NCBI GenBank assembly: GCA_965218295.1
Contig: CBDCKN010000005.1
Location: forward strand, 1-64,000
Direction of reading: 5' to 3'
Length of the DNA: 64,000 nt
Origin: Longimicrobiales bacterium
Lineage (GTDB): Bacteria; Gemmatimonadota; Gemmatimonadetes; Longimicrobiales; Gaopeijiaceae
Shown here: piece after piece, positions 8,859-18,513 of the stretch
How positions within the stretch are numbered: position 1 is the first letter of the stretch
Layout: every line of letters begins with the position of its first letter
Position numbers and translations under genes: made by a program
The notes under the pieces: generated by a model
Database searches by the model: none
Told to the model about the DNA's origin: nothing
Seen by the model: the letters and a program-made list of their open reading frames with translations, nothing else

Positions 8859-9554
8859 ATGCCACTAAAGGTGATTCCGCGGCGGGACCGAAAGCTGAAC
8901 AGGCTGATCAAGGCGGCCACACCCGTGGAATACCGGAAGGGACAGACCATCTTCGGACGTGGTGAAGAGGCTGACGTGGTTTTCCTCGTCCAGGAGGGTC
9001 ATGTCCGTCTGACGCTTCCACGCACGGGGAAGGAGACCGAGCGCACGGTCGCCGTCGCGGGCCCTGGTGAGGTATTCGGTGAAGAGTCCGTTACGACGGA
9101 CGTCCCGCGCCGCTATACGGCTGTGGCGGGATCGGCCTGCGTCGTCCTCCCCCTCAGTGGCGTGGGCGTGTTCAAGGCTCTCCGGGGATCGCCCAAGACC
9201 CTTGGGACGTTCCTGTCGAGCTACGACCGTGATCTTGCGGTGGCGCGGCGAATCGCAGGCTCCTCGGGCTCGTCCTCAAAGGCCCGAATCGCCGATGTCC
9301 TGCTCGATCTCGCGGACCGGCTCGGGGACGACGACGGACGGCGGATCCGCTTGGAGCACTGGTTCACCCATCAGGAGCTCGCGGACCTGGCGGGAGCTCA
9401 CCGGTCCACGGTCACGACCGCCCTCAACGATTGGATCTACGAGGGAGTGCTCCGACAGCGGCCCCGGGCGCTGATCATCGCCAAGCCCGGTGCCCTGCGA
9501 AAGGCCGGGTCGGAGGCCTCGCGACGACGGCCACGGAAGCGGTCGACCCGTTGA
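8859..9554 (+). CDS. Crp/Fnr-family transcriptional regulator
   Basis: cNMP-binding domain (GEVFGE, PRRYTA) and HTH THQELADLAGAHRSTVT. Confidence 0.9.
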   Translation: MPLKVIPRRDRKLNRLIKAATPVEYRKGQTIFGRGEEADVVFLVQEGHVRLTLPRTGKETERTVAVAGPGEVFGEESVTTDVPRRYTAVAGSACVVLPLSGVGVFKALRGSPKTLGTFLSSYDRDLAVARRIAGSSGSSSKARIADVLLDLADRLGDDDGRRIRLEHWFTHQELADLAGAHRSTVTTALNDWIYEGVLRQRPRALIIAKPGALRKAGSEASRRRPRKRSTR

Positions 9555-9623
9555 CCGCAAATTCCGCTAACGCTAGGTTTTCCAGTCTTTTAGCGGAATT
9601 CACAACGAGGTCGAATAGTCACG

Positions 9624-10328
9624 ATGTCGAAGCGCCACCACCCCTCGTCACGACGTACGCCGCACGCTCCCGAGCAGCAAGATGACAGCTTTGTCGCCGG
9701 AGTCATGGACTTCTCGCGGTGGGCTAGCGAGAATCGTCAGCTCCTGGTGCTCAGCGGGGTTGTCTTAGCCCTGCTTGTGGCCGGTGGCGTGTATTACGTG
9801 AACTTCCAGCGTTCGCTGGTCACTCAGGCCGTGAACCAGCTGGAGTCGATCCACCAGACGATCTCGATCTCGGCCTTCGAGGACGCCAAGGCGCAGCTCA
9901 GCACCTTCCTGGAGCGTTTCGAGGGCACCGCGCAGGCACGTGAAGCGGTCGTTCTCCTCGGGCGGCTGCATCTGGAGGCCGGAGACGCGGCCGTCGGCAT
10001 CAGCGTGCTTGAGCGAGGCGACCTGGGACTCAGAGACGCATTGGGGATCCAGGGCAACTCTCTGCTGGCTCGGGCCTACGAGGACCAGGGGCGGTGGTCC
10101 GATGCAGAGGCGCTCTACCTCGATGTCGCTGATCGCGCCGAGCTCGACTTCCAGATCCGGGAGGCCCTGGACAGCGCGGCGCGGACGCGGCATCGCCAGC
10201 AGGACATCGAAGGGGTGGTAGAGCTGTACGAAGAGATCCTGGCCACGTTCGAGGCCGACGACCCGGGCCGAGGCATTTACGAGCTCCGCCTCGCCGAAAT
10301 GCGGGAGGTGGCGGAGGGATTGGGCTGA
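9624..10328 (+). CDS. Membrane-anchored tetratricopeptide-repeat protein (YfgM-like)
   Basis: Single N-terminal TM helix followed by helical repeats (LLARAYEDQGRWSDAEALY). Confidence 0.75.
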   Translation: MSKRHHPSSRRTPHAPEQQDDSFVAGVMDFSRWASENRQLLVLSGVVLALLVAGGVYYVNFQRSLVTQAVNQLESIHQTISISAFEDAKAQLSTFLERFEGTAQAREAVVLLGRLHLEAGDAAVGISVLERGDLGLRDALGIQGNSLLARAYEDQGRWSDAEALYLDVADRAELDFQIREALDSAARTRHRQQDIEGVVELYEEILATFEADDPGRGIYELRLAEMREVAEGLG

Positions 10329-10351
10329 GGAGGGACCTCTGTCAGCGCTGA

Positions 10352-10391
10352 AGGGGCCGGATCTCGGGAAATGCTGCGGTTCGGCCTTTTT
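10352..10391 (+). terminator. Possible intrinsic terminator between convergent genes
   Basis: aggggccgga...ttcggccttttt stem with G-U pairs and a T-run; the loop is long. Confidence 0.35.
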
Positions 10392-10407
10392 GGCGGGATC
10401 CGACTGA

Positions 10408-10435
10408 AGTTCGTATAATCTATATTATGTAAAGT
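10408..10435 (+). other. dif: dif site (XerC/XerD chromosome dimer resolution site)
   Basis: AGTTCGTATAA-TCTATA-TTATGTAAAGT, an 11-6-11 layout close to E. coli dif GGTGCGCATAA-TGTATA-TTATGTTAAAT; an AT-rich intergenic patch in GC-rich DNA. Confidence 0.9.
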
Positions 10436-10442
10436 TAGTACT

Positions 10443-11030
10443 TCAGTAGATGCCCGGATCCCGAGCAGGTGGATCGAGCGCGACCACCTCGACCTGAGCC
10501 GTTCCCCTCCCGACCATGCCGAGCCTCTGCGCGGCCACGTACGAGACGTCGATGATCCGCCCCTCCACGAAGGGCCCCCTGTCGTTCACGCGCACGACCA
10601 CGGCGCGACCGTTCTCCAGATTGGTAACCTGTACGTATGTGGGCAGTGGCAGTGTCTTGTGGGCTGCCGTCATCAGGTACATGTCGTAGGGCTCGCCCGA
10701 AGAGGTCCTCCGGCCGTGGAAGGCCTGTCCGTACCACGACGCGATACCCCTCTGGCTGTAGCCCCTGCTGGTGTCGAGGACGTGGTACTCCTTCCCGTCC
10801 ACCTCATAGGACTCGGGATTGCCGCTCCGGGTCTTCACTTCAGCCCTGGGCACTGCGTCCGGCACGCCGGAGACCGGAACACTCACGCCGTCGCCCGAGC
10901 TGGGAACCGCGGGGGCGGTCCCGACTAGCGTACACGCCTGAAAGAGCGAGGCGACGACGGCCGACATCCCCACCCGAGCGGCTCCAGGCTGCGCGCGCCT
11001 CGGGATCCCTCGTCCTCCTCGAAAGCTCAT
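10443..11030 (-). CDS. rlpA: RlpA-family septal lytic transglycosylase (lipoprotein, no SPOR domain)
   Basis: GIASWYG, TAAHKTLPLPTYVQVTNLENGR, VRVNDRGPF, RIIDVS; lipobox-like FQAC; exact start uncertain. Confidence 0.88.
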   Translation of the reverse strand: MSFRGGRGIPRRAQPGAARVGMSAVVASLFQACTLVGTAPAVPSSGDGVSVPVSGVPDAVPRAEVKTRSGNPESYEVDGKEYHVLDTSRGYSQRGIASWYGQAFHGRRTSSGEPYDMYLMTAAHKTLPLPTYVQVTNLENGRAVVVRVNDRGPFVEGRIIDVSYVAAQRLGMVGRGTAQVEVVALDPPARDPGIY

Positions 11031-11091
11031 GGTCCTCTCACCCCCGACTCGTCCTTTCAACGGCGCCCCAGCGGACCAACACAGCGGCGCC

Positions 11092-12282
11092 TCAGCGACT
11101 CAAGACAACGGCGATCCTTCGTGCCATTTCACTGATGGGACCGCCGGAGAGGTTTCCCACGGCCGCCACGACGAGGCCGCTGTCTCGGTTGACGATCAGC
11201 ATGGTGGTGCCACCCACCGACCCTCCGCCGTGGGACACGATGTGCTGCCCCTGTTCGTTCGTCCGCGTCCACTAACCGACTCCGTAATACGTTGATGCAC
11301 CATCGCTTAGCCGTTGTGATCTAAACAAACTCTCAAGGGTCTCTGCCTGAAGGAATCCGGGCTCGAGGTGGGCCGATCCGAAGCGGATCAGGTCCTCCGG
11401 AGTCGAGAGGAAGCCGCCTCCGGCCCACTTGTAGCTGTTGTCGACGTAAGGGGCGTTCAGGATCGTCCCCTCCCCGGTCCGCTCATAGAAGCTCGTGCGA
11501 TGGCTGACGATGCTGTCGGTGTAACCGGCCAGGGAGTGACGCATCTGCAGCGACTCGAAGACGTTATCCCGCATGAATCCCAGGAACTCCTCTCCGGACG
11601 CAGCCTCTACTACGGCGCTCAGGAGGTTCCATCCGTAGCTCGAGTACGAGTACTGGGTGCCCGGCTCGAAGAGGAGCGGGTCGTCCTCGAAGATCTCCAA
11701 GGACGTGGTGACGTCGGGATATCGACGATTACTCAGGAACTCGTCGTCTGCGTAATGGCGGATTCCGGCGATGTGTCCGGCGACCTGGCGCACGGTGATG
11801 GGCCAGCGCTTCTCCGGGAAGTCGGGGACGTAGTTCTGGACAGGAACATCAAGACCGAGCTTCCCCGCTTCCATGAGGACGCCCATAGCGGCCGCCGTGA
11901 TGGGCTTGGACACGCTCCCGACCCGAAACTTGGTCAGCGTCGTGACGGGGACGGAATGCTCCAGGTCGGCAAGGCCGAAGCCTTCCGACCACACTACCCT
12001 ACTGTGGAATCCCACCGCCACGGAGACTCCGGGAATACCGGACTCGGCCATGACCTCCCGCACGATTGCCCGGGCGTCTTCGATGGTTCGACCGTATTCG
12101 TCCGAGGTGGAGGCGATCCCTACGGCGGGCGTCACTGGACCCTGCGCTCGGGCGAAAGTAGGTGTGGCGACAAGCCCAACCATCAGGGCCACCAAACAGC
12201 TCCACATCGCCGGGCCCTTCGTCATCAGCCGCACCGAAACGGAGTCTCGGCCCAATGTTCTATGCCTCATGGTGGCCTCCAT
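11092..12282 (-). pseudogene. Serine hydrolase (beta-lactamase/AmpC-like) interrupted by an in-frame TAG at 11272-11274
   Basis: SxxK (GSVSK) and YSS motifs; after YYGVG* the same frame continues WTRT...SHGGGSVGG...LVVAAVGN to a TGA at 11092. Confidence 0.8.
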
Positions 12283-12357
12283 TGCTGGCTTCCGATTGGG
12301 GCGTCACCAAGCCCGTACCCTGCATCACCGGGCATTCAGTGGCTCAAAGTGCGACGA

Positions 12358-13059
12358 TCAGGGCTTCCGAGCCAGGACTGCGATGCGCCGCCGGAGCATT
12401 GGGATGCGAGACAGAAGGGCTCGCTCCACGGCGCGCAGTCCGGGCAAGTGGGACTCGGCGTAGTAGGCCTTCTCCACCAGAAAGCCCTCCTCGGTGAGCA
12501 TGTCCTTGAGTCTCTCCATGGACTTGTAGTCCACGTGGCTCACGTCTCGCTTGAGGATGAGGTCACGGGCCTTCAGAATTTCCAGGATGTGGCCCCGGTG
12601 GGGGGTCCATACGGCGAGGCGCCCTGCCCTCTTCAGGAGCCTGTGGGCTCCTGCGATCACGGCTCGGCTGTCGTCGGGATAGAGGTGCTCCATCAGGTCG
12701 GCAGCGATGATGAGATGGAAGCTGTCGGGCTCGAGGCCCGTGTCGCGAGCATCGGCGCAAACGAACGAGACGTTCTTCAGACCCGAGTCGGCAAGCCTGG
12801 ATTCACAGAGGTCGATGCTCCTCTGGCTGAAGTCCAGGCCGACCATCTCCCGCACGCGGGGTGCCAGAGCCCAACAGAAGGTGCCCCATCCACATCCGAG
12901 GTCCAGAACGCGCTCTTCCCTTCCCGGTTCATAGATCTGGAGGACCTTGTCCACGCGGTAGCGCTGGAACGGACTCTCGAAATCCCTGAGGTGCTCCGTT
13001 CCCTCCTCGAAGTAGTCGGTCCGGTCGTAGAACTCCCGGCCGATCCGGTCTTCGCTCAT
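12358..13059 (-). CDS. Class I SAM-dependent methyltransferase
   Basis: VLDLGCGWG motif I, GLDFS, DLMEHL, LLKRAG. Confidence 0.9.
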   Translation of the reverse strand: MSEDRIGREFYDRTDYFEEGTEHLRDFESPFQRYRVDKVLQIYEPGREERVLDLGCGWGTFCWALAPRVREMVGLDFSQRSIDLCESRLADSGLKNVSFVCADARDTGLEPDSFHLIIAADLMEHLYPDDSRAVIAGAHRLLKRAGRLAVWTPHRGHILEILKARDLILKRDVSHVDYKSMERLKDMLTEEGFLVEKAYYAESHLPGLRAVERALLSRIPMLRRRIAVLARKP

Positions 13060-13685
13060 TGTGTCATGAGGGCCAGGAGGGCTTCCTCGACCCTTCTGGT
13101 GGCCTCCAGAAGAGCTGCCTCACGACTCGCCCGATGGTCGTGCTTGCCGAAGTGCAGCGGCTCGCCATACCGAATCGTGATCGGAGGCCGCCCCGGGCCG
13201 ATCCTGAGCCAGTTCATGCTTCCCCAGCGTGGCCATACCTCGTATGTGCCCACGATGCCGCAGGGAATGACCGGAACGCCCGCCTTGAGGAGGAGGCGCA
13301 CGGCGCCGGGCCGCAGCTTCCGCAGCTTGGCGTCCCAAGAACGCTCCCCTTCCGGAAAGACGCCAACGGCCTTGCCCTCCTCGAGATAGCGAAGGGCGAT
13401 GCGAACGGCCTGGGGATCCACCTGATAGCGACGCGTGGGGAACGCCCCCACCCGGGGTTCGATCCAGCGCATGACGCGGTTCCGGAACGCCGAGCTCTTA
13501 GTCATGGTGAAGAGGAGGCGTGGACAGTACGTGTGCAGGAGTAAGGGGTCGAGGTTGCTCTGGTGATTCATCACCAGGAGGAACGCCCCCTCCTTGGGCA
13601 GGTTGTCCGTCCCCTCGAACCGGAGCTTCGTGATCGCCCTGAAGTAGACCTTCGCGATCGCGCGGGCGGCACGGTAGACGATCAC
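13056..13685 (-). CDS. Lysophospholipid acyltransferase (PlsC-like)
   Basis: NHQSNLD (HX4D), FPEGERS, VPVIPC. Confidence 0.9.
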   Translation of the reverse strand: MIVYRAARAIAKVYFRAITKLRFEGTDNLPKEGAFLLVMNHQSNLDPLLLHTYCPRLLFTMTKSSAFRNRVMRWIEPRVGAFPTRRYQVDPQAVRIALRYLEEGKAVGVFPEGERSWDAKLRKLRPGAVRLLLKAGVPVIPCGIVGTYEVWPRWGSMNWLRIGPGRPPITIRYGEPLHFGKHDHRASREAALLEATRRVEEALLALMTQ

Positions 13686-13716
13686 GGAAGCCGCCCCGTC
13701 GAGTGCCGGCGGATCG

Positions 13717-14337
13717 TCACGATGAAGGCCTCGTCACGATTCTGGGTTGAAACTCTACTATTTCCCGGCCGAGGTGCGCGTAGAAGCGGCGCAGGGCCAC
13801 CTGCAGCAATTCTTCCCAGCGCCTCGGGGAGTCGTTCAGAAACTCCATCTGGTAGAGCCCGACACCTCGGATGTTGAGCTGAATGGCCTTAGAGCTGATC
13901 TGGATGGCCAGGATGCTCTCCAGGGGCCAGACGAGAGGCTCCCATCCCGTCGAGGTGACGGTCAGGTCGTCGCCGTCGAGCCGGAGGGTCGCCTCTCGGC
14001 GCTCTGTGAGCCGCTCGAAGAAGCCCAGGAGCCTTCCCTTCCACCACACGGCCTGGTGGTCATTTCCGTGGGCTACGGCAACGCGGGCCTCGTAGGACAG
14101 CCGTCCCCCGTGGTCCAGAGCCCTGGACAACGCCCCGCCCCGCCCGTCGATGGCATCCATGAGGGTACGGACCGAGGCTTCTTCCACCTCTCCGTCAGCG
14201 GAGCGCACGAGAACGACCGAGGCCCTTCCCTGCTCGAACGAGGTTCCACAGGAGTCGCACTGGGTGCCCTTGTCGGTTGCCGTCGTCGGATCGTGGCCGC
14301 ACCGAGGGCAGCGGTAGAGTAGGTGCTGGATGGGCAT
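13717..14337 (-). CDS. Hypothetical protein with N-terminal zinc ribbon
   Basis: LLYRCPRC...QCDSCG; lies within the operon. Confidence 0.7.
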   Translation of the reverse strand: MPIQHLLYRCPRCGHDPTTATDKGTQCDSCGTSFEQGRASVVLVRSADGEVEEASVRTLMDAIDGRGGALSRALDHGGRLSYEARVAVAHGNDHQAVWWKGRLLGFFERLTERREATLRLDGDDLTVTSTGWEPLVWPLESILAIQISSKAIQLNIRGVGLYQMEFLNDSPRRWEELLQVALRRFYAHLGREIVEFQPRIVTRPSS

Positions 14338-14347
14338 GGGGCGGGCG

Positions 14348-15079
14348 CTACAGTCGACCGAAGAGGTCCAGGAAGCGGAGCTTCCAGACCTTCCAGATCG
14401 CCTCTCGAACGATCTTCTTCGACATCTTCGATTCCCCTGAATCGCGCTCGGTGAAGATGATCGGTATCTCGATCATGGAGAATCCCCGGCGCCACGCTCG
14501 GACCTTGAGCTCGATCTGGAAGGTGTATCCGTTGGACTCGATCCGATCGAAGTCCAGAGCCTCCAGGACTTCGCGCCGCCAACAGTTGAAGCCCCCCGTA
14601 GCGTCACGGACGGGGAGGCCCGTGACGATCCGGGCGTACCGGCTGCCGAAATAGCTGATGAGCAGGCGGCTCATGGGCCAGTTGATGACCGTGACGCGTC
14701 CGTCGACGTAGCGCGAGCCGAGGACGACGTCGAACTCTTTCGCCTTCTCGATGAAATCAGGCAAAGCGTCGGGCTCGTGGGAGAAGTCGGCGTCCATCTC
14801 GAAGAAGAGGGTATAGTCGCGGTCGAGGCCCCAGCGGAAGGCTTCCAGATAGGCCAGCCCCAGCCCCTGTTTGCCCGACCGGTGCAGGACGTGCACCCGA
14901 TCCAGCTCGTCGGCCAGATCGTCCGCCAGGTCCCCGGTGCCGTCGGGCGAGTTGTCGTCCACCACCAGCACATCGATCCTGGGGTCCTGATTCAGGACGA
15001 GAGGCACGATCCGCGGCAGGTTGTCCGCCTCGTTGAACGTGGGGATGACCACGAGGAAGCGTGCGGTCGGGTCGGTCAC
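14348..15079 (-). CDS. Polyprenol-monophosphomannose synthase (GT2, Ppm1/DPM1-like)
   Basis: VIPTFNEADN, VVDDNSPDGTG, EMDADFSH, GSRY, DATGGF, SNGYTFQIE, GESKMS. Confidence 0.9.
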   Translation of the reverse strand: MTDPTARFLVVIPTFNEADNLPRIVPLVLNQDPRIDVLVVDDNSPDGTGDLADDLADELDRVHVLHRSGKQGLGLAYLEAFRWGLDRDYTLFFEMDADFSHEPDALPDFIEKAKEFDVVLGSRYVDGRVTVINWPMSRLLISYFGSRYARIVTGLPVRDATGGFNCWRREVLEALDFDRIESNGYTFQIELKVRAWRRGFSMIEIPIIFTERDSGESKMSKKIVREAIWKVWKLRFLDLFGRL

Positions 15080-16023
15080 GTAGCGGTCTGTCCGGAGCTC
15101 GACGATCGAGTGTGTATCGCGGCAAAGAGGGCCGCCGGCACGAGTTCCACGGCGGTGGTCCAGACGCGCGCCAACAGCGCAAGGACCAGTGCTGCTTCGT
15201 CGCCCATGGTCGGCTGTAGCAGAACGACCAGAAAGCCCTCACGTATGCCCGCTCCGGCGGGCGCGAACACGGCCAGGTACCCCGCGACATATGCCGCAGC
15301 AAAGGCGGGGCCGACCTGCATGAACGTCTTCCATTCGCCGAAGCTGAGGTAAAGTAACCAAAACGCCGTCGTGTAGATGCCCCAGTTGATCACGTACAGG
15401 GCGAGCCAGCGGAGACCCACGTTCCTCTCGTCCCGCGGGTTCTCCGGCGGGACCGTGCGCGTCAGCCGACACCAGAGGCCGACGACGAGCCGAAAGAGAG
15501 AAGGGACTGTGACGAGGGCGATGATGACCACGGCGATGGTGACACCGCCAACGAGGCCCATCCACCCGAATCGACGCCAAACCTCGTTGGGCCCGAACAG
15601 CGTGCCGAGGCCCAGGAGAGAGGCGGCAAGGAGCGCTACCCCCTGTCCCAGGACTGCCGCCCCCGTGGCCACACCTCCCGAGACGCCCTCGCCCTTCGCC
15701 AGGTAAGCCAGCCCCGCGATCTGCCAGACCTTGCCCGGCACGTATCGTCCGAGGTTGGCCACCATGAAGAGCCGCATCGACGTCAGGGCGGGCAGAATGG
15801 GGCCTCCCAGGTCACGAACGATGTGCCCCCAGATGGCCGCCGAGACGAGGTAGCCGGCGAGCAGCACGATGCACGAGGAGATCAGGATGAGGAGGTTGGG
15901 CCTCCACTCGGCCGGGTCCAGACTCCTGAGGGCGGCTACGTCGATACCCACACGGTCCAGGATGAACCAGGTGACGACGACCGTGAGGCCGATCTGGAGG
16001 AGTCGCACCCCCGCCTTCTTCAT
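15076..16023 (-). CDS. Lysylphosphatidylglycerol-synthase TM domain / UPF0104 flippase-like protein
   Basis: NLGRYVPGKVW and PAGAGIRE motifs; multiple TM helices; start overlaps the upstream stop. Confidence 0.85.
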   Translation of the reverse strand: MKKAGVRLLQIGLTVVVTWFILDRVGIDVAALRSLDPAEWRPNLLILISSCIVLLAGYLVSAAIWGHIVRDLGGPILPALTSMRLFMVANLGRYVPGKVWQIAGLAYLAKGEGVSGGVATGAAVLGQGVALLAASLLGLGTLFGPNEVWRRFGWMGLVGGVTIAVVIIALVTVPSLFRLVVGLWCRLTRTVPPENPRDERNVGLRWLALYVINWGIYTTAFWLLYLSFGEWKTFMQVGPAFAAAYVAGYLAVFAPAGAGIREGFLVVLLQPTMGDEAALVLALLARVWTTAVELVPAALFAAIHTRSSSSGQTAT

Positions 16024-18503
16024 TCGTGAACCTCTGCAAAGGGCTCGTCTCCCCCGCGGTGGCGGCTCCGCATCCAATCCACGCCAGGGAGTACGGAGAC
16101 CAGCACCAGGCTCAGGATCGTGAGTCGGAGGCTCCAGGTGAGCTGCCGGGACTCGTAGAAGAGCTCGACCTCGTGTTGGCCGGCCGGCACCGGTACGGCC
16201 CGCAGCGTGTGATTCGCCCTCAGGACAGGGGCGTCATCGTCGCCCACCTGGGCCCTCCACGCGGGGAACCAGTTGTCCGCTAGTACCAGAAGCCCTGCAC
16301 GCTCGGCGGTCACCCGGAGGCGCATGCGGTTGTTGCCGCGCTCGAGCCACTCGACGGAGCCCTCGATGGGTTCACCGGGAAGCTCGATGGGTGGGGGGGC
16401 GTCGAGGACCACCTGTGTGGCCGGGTCGAAGCGCTCGCTCAGGATGAAGGGCGCGGCCTGGTCATCTGGGAGAACCACGGCCTCGCCGATGAGCCGGGCT
16501 CGGGGGAGATCCGTGAAGCGGTAGACCGATTCGTAGGGACGGCCGCCGATGGTCGTCTGGCTGATGCGCTCCAGGTTGTCCGTGATGGCCGCAGGGAGTC
16601 CCTGGCTCTCGGGTGTACCCAGCTGATCTGGCCACAGGATATATCGAACGTTAAGGATCCGTAGCACGTTGGCGGAGCTGACCAGGTTCGCCGGAAGGCT
16701 GCTCCCCACCATCCCGATGACGTCCCGGTACCGGGCCAGGTCATTGGGGTGATGCCCTCCCGCGAGCTCGAGGCCGAACATCCCGGGTCGCACGTCCTGG
16801 CCATTGAGGCCCTGTAGGGAGAAGACCCGGAAAGGCTCCTCGGTGCGCTGCCGTTCCAAAAGCATGTCGATGTTGGGATCCGCACTGCGGAAGGCCTCGA
16901 AGTCTGTGGCCCGGATGAAGGCGGTATCGACCCGGATGAGGTCTCCGACGATCAGAAGCATCAGAGCGACGATGGCTCCCACCGGTGCCAGTCGAGCGGT
17001 TCGGAGTCCCCAGGCGATGCTGGACGTCGCCGTGGCGAGGAGGGCGGCCACCATAAAGCCCCTGAGAATGTAGAGCTCCGCATCGCTGAGGATCTGGACG
17101 GATCGGGCTGGAATGTCCCGATAGAGGACCGAGGTCCATGCGCTCGTGAGCGTGCCCGAGGCCGCCAACAGAAGGCCGAGGAGCAGAACTCCGGCCGTGA
17201 TCCACAGGAAGCGACCCGGCGGCCTCCACTGGGCTTCGCTTCCCTCCCTCGAGAGCACGAGCATGCGCTCCACCCCGAAGCCCATGAGCGTCGCAGCACT
17301 GAAGCCGAAGAGGAAGATGGCGAGGGAGGGTGCCCGAAACAGCGAGATGCCCGGGACGAGCTCGTAGAAGATCCGCCACACTGGCGTATGGCTTCCCAGA
17401 CAGAAGAGAAGGGCGAAGCCTCCGAGCCCAACCAGGAAGTAGCGCAGAGGCTTGCGTGCGCCGCCAAAGAAGGAGACACCCGCCAGGAGGAGGACCACGA
17501 GTCCTCCGTACTCGTGATTCCCCTTGAACGGGTTCCTTCCCCAATAGGTGTTCTGGCCCCAGGGGGCATCGGCCGTCGACACCCCGGCAAACTCCGGGAC
17601 CACCAGCCCCACGATCTCTTCAGGGTGGAGGGACCACGAGCTGGAGTAGGCGATGGCTTCCTGACCCTCCGCCTGCGTGGTGGTAGAGGTCCGGCGCGAG
17701 TGATCCACCACGTACGAGCTGGCCGGAAGAAGCTGGATTGCGGAGATGCCTGCGCCGAGCACGGCCGCCACGAGGAAGGCACCGAAGCGGGCGAAGGCCC
17801 ACCCACCGCCCCTGCCCTCGGCGCTGCCCTGGCGCCACAGCTGGAGGGTTCGAAAGAGGGCGTACGCCCCCACTCCCCCGAAGAGGAAGTAGGCGGTCTG
17901 AAAGTGCGTTGTGAGGATTATGCCGGCGATGACCAGGCCGAGAATCGCGAACCGGGTCAAGGTGGACCGAAGGAAAAACGATTCGGTGGCCCAGAACATC
18001 AGTGGCGTGAGGGACATGACGAAGATCTTCCCGTCCTGTCCCCCGTGGACCAGGGACACCATGAAGGGGGCCAGTCCGTACGCCAGTCCCGCCAGAAGCG
18101 CCGAGGCCCGCGAAAGGCCCAGGCACCGGATCCACCCGTACATGAAGATGCCCGCGAAGAATATGTGCCAGACCAGCTTCCAACCCAGGGCCCGGTGTGG
18201 ATCCAACAGGAAGAGGAGGATGGCGCTAGGCGGGTAGAGGGAGTCTCCTCCGGCCAGCGACTCGATGAACGGCGTTCCGCCGAGGATGATGGGATTCCAG
18301 AGGGGGAATCCCCCGCCCCCCTTCACGGCGTTGGCGTAGAACTCCCGCGCCATGTAGCCCAGACTCGCGGTGTCGGATCCGTACAGCATGTCGTCGGAGA
18401 AGACGAACGCCCGGAAGAGAAAGAGGGTAGCCGCCCCGTACAGGACGGGAGGCAGCCACGCTGGTATGTCCACTCCGACCCCAGGTTGCCTGTTCTTGCC
18501 CAC
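16020..18503 (-). CDS. YfhO-family polytopic membrane protein (GT-C glycosyltransferase-like)
   Basis: PLWNP-x-GGTP, LYPP, AIQLLP, FRAP; C-terminal WFPAWRAQV...RANHTLRAVPVPAGQHEVEL. Confidence 0.85.
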   Translation of the reverse strand: MGKNRQPGVGVDIPAWLPPVLYGAATLFLFRAFVFSDDMLYGSDTASLGYMAREFYANAVKGGGGFPLWNPIILGGTPFIESLAGGDSLYPPSAILLFLLDPHRALGWKLVWHIFFAGIFMYGWIRCLGLSRASALLAGLAYGLAPFMVSLVHGGQDGKIFVMSLTPLMFWATESFFLRSTLTRFAILGLVIAGIILTTHFQTAYFLFGGVGAYALFRTLQLWRQGSAEGRGGGWAFARFGAFLVAAVLGAGISAIQLLPASSYVVDHSRRTSTTTQAEGQEAIAYSSSWSLHPEEIVGLVVPEFAGVSTADAPWGQNTYWGRNPFKGNHEYGGLVVLLLAGVSFFGGARKPLRYFLVGLGGFALLFCLGSHTPVWRIFYELVPGISLFRAPSLAIFLFGFSAATLMGFGVERMLVLSREGSEAQWRPPGRFLWITAGVLLLGLLLAASGTLTSAWTSVLYRDIPARSVQILSDAELYILRGFMVAALLATATSSIAWGLRTARLAPVGAIVALMLLIVGDLIRVDTAFIRATDFEAFRSADPNIDMLLERQRTEEPFRVFSLQGLNGQDVRPGMFGLELAGGHHPNDLARYRDVIGMVGSSLPANLVSSANVLRILNVRYILWPDQLGTPESQGLPAAITDNLERISQTTIGGRPYESVYRFTDLPRARLIGEAVVLPDDQAAPFILSERFDPATQVVLDAPPPIELPGEPIEGSVEWLERGNNRMRLRVTAERAGLLVLADNWFPAWRAQVGDDDAPVLRANHTLRAVPVPAGQHEVELFYESRQLTWSLRLTILSLVLVSVLPGVDWMRSRHRGGDEPFAEVHE

Positions 18504-18513
18504 TACTCTCCTC

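Noticed and set aside
11368..13389. 673-aa plus-strand ORF
   Set aside because: Antisense shadow of three genes with clear motifs; no recognisable domain; long shadow ORFs are expected at high GC.
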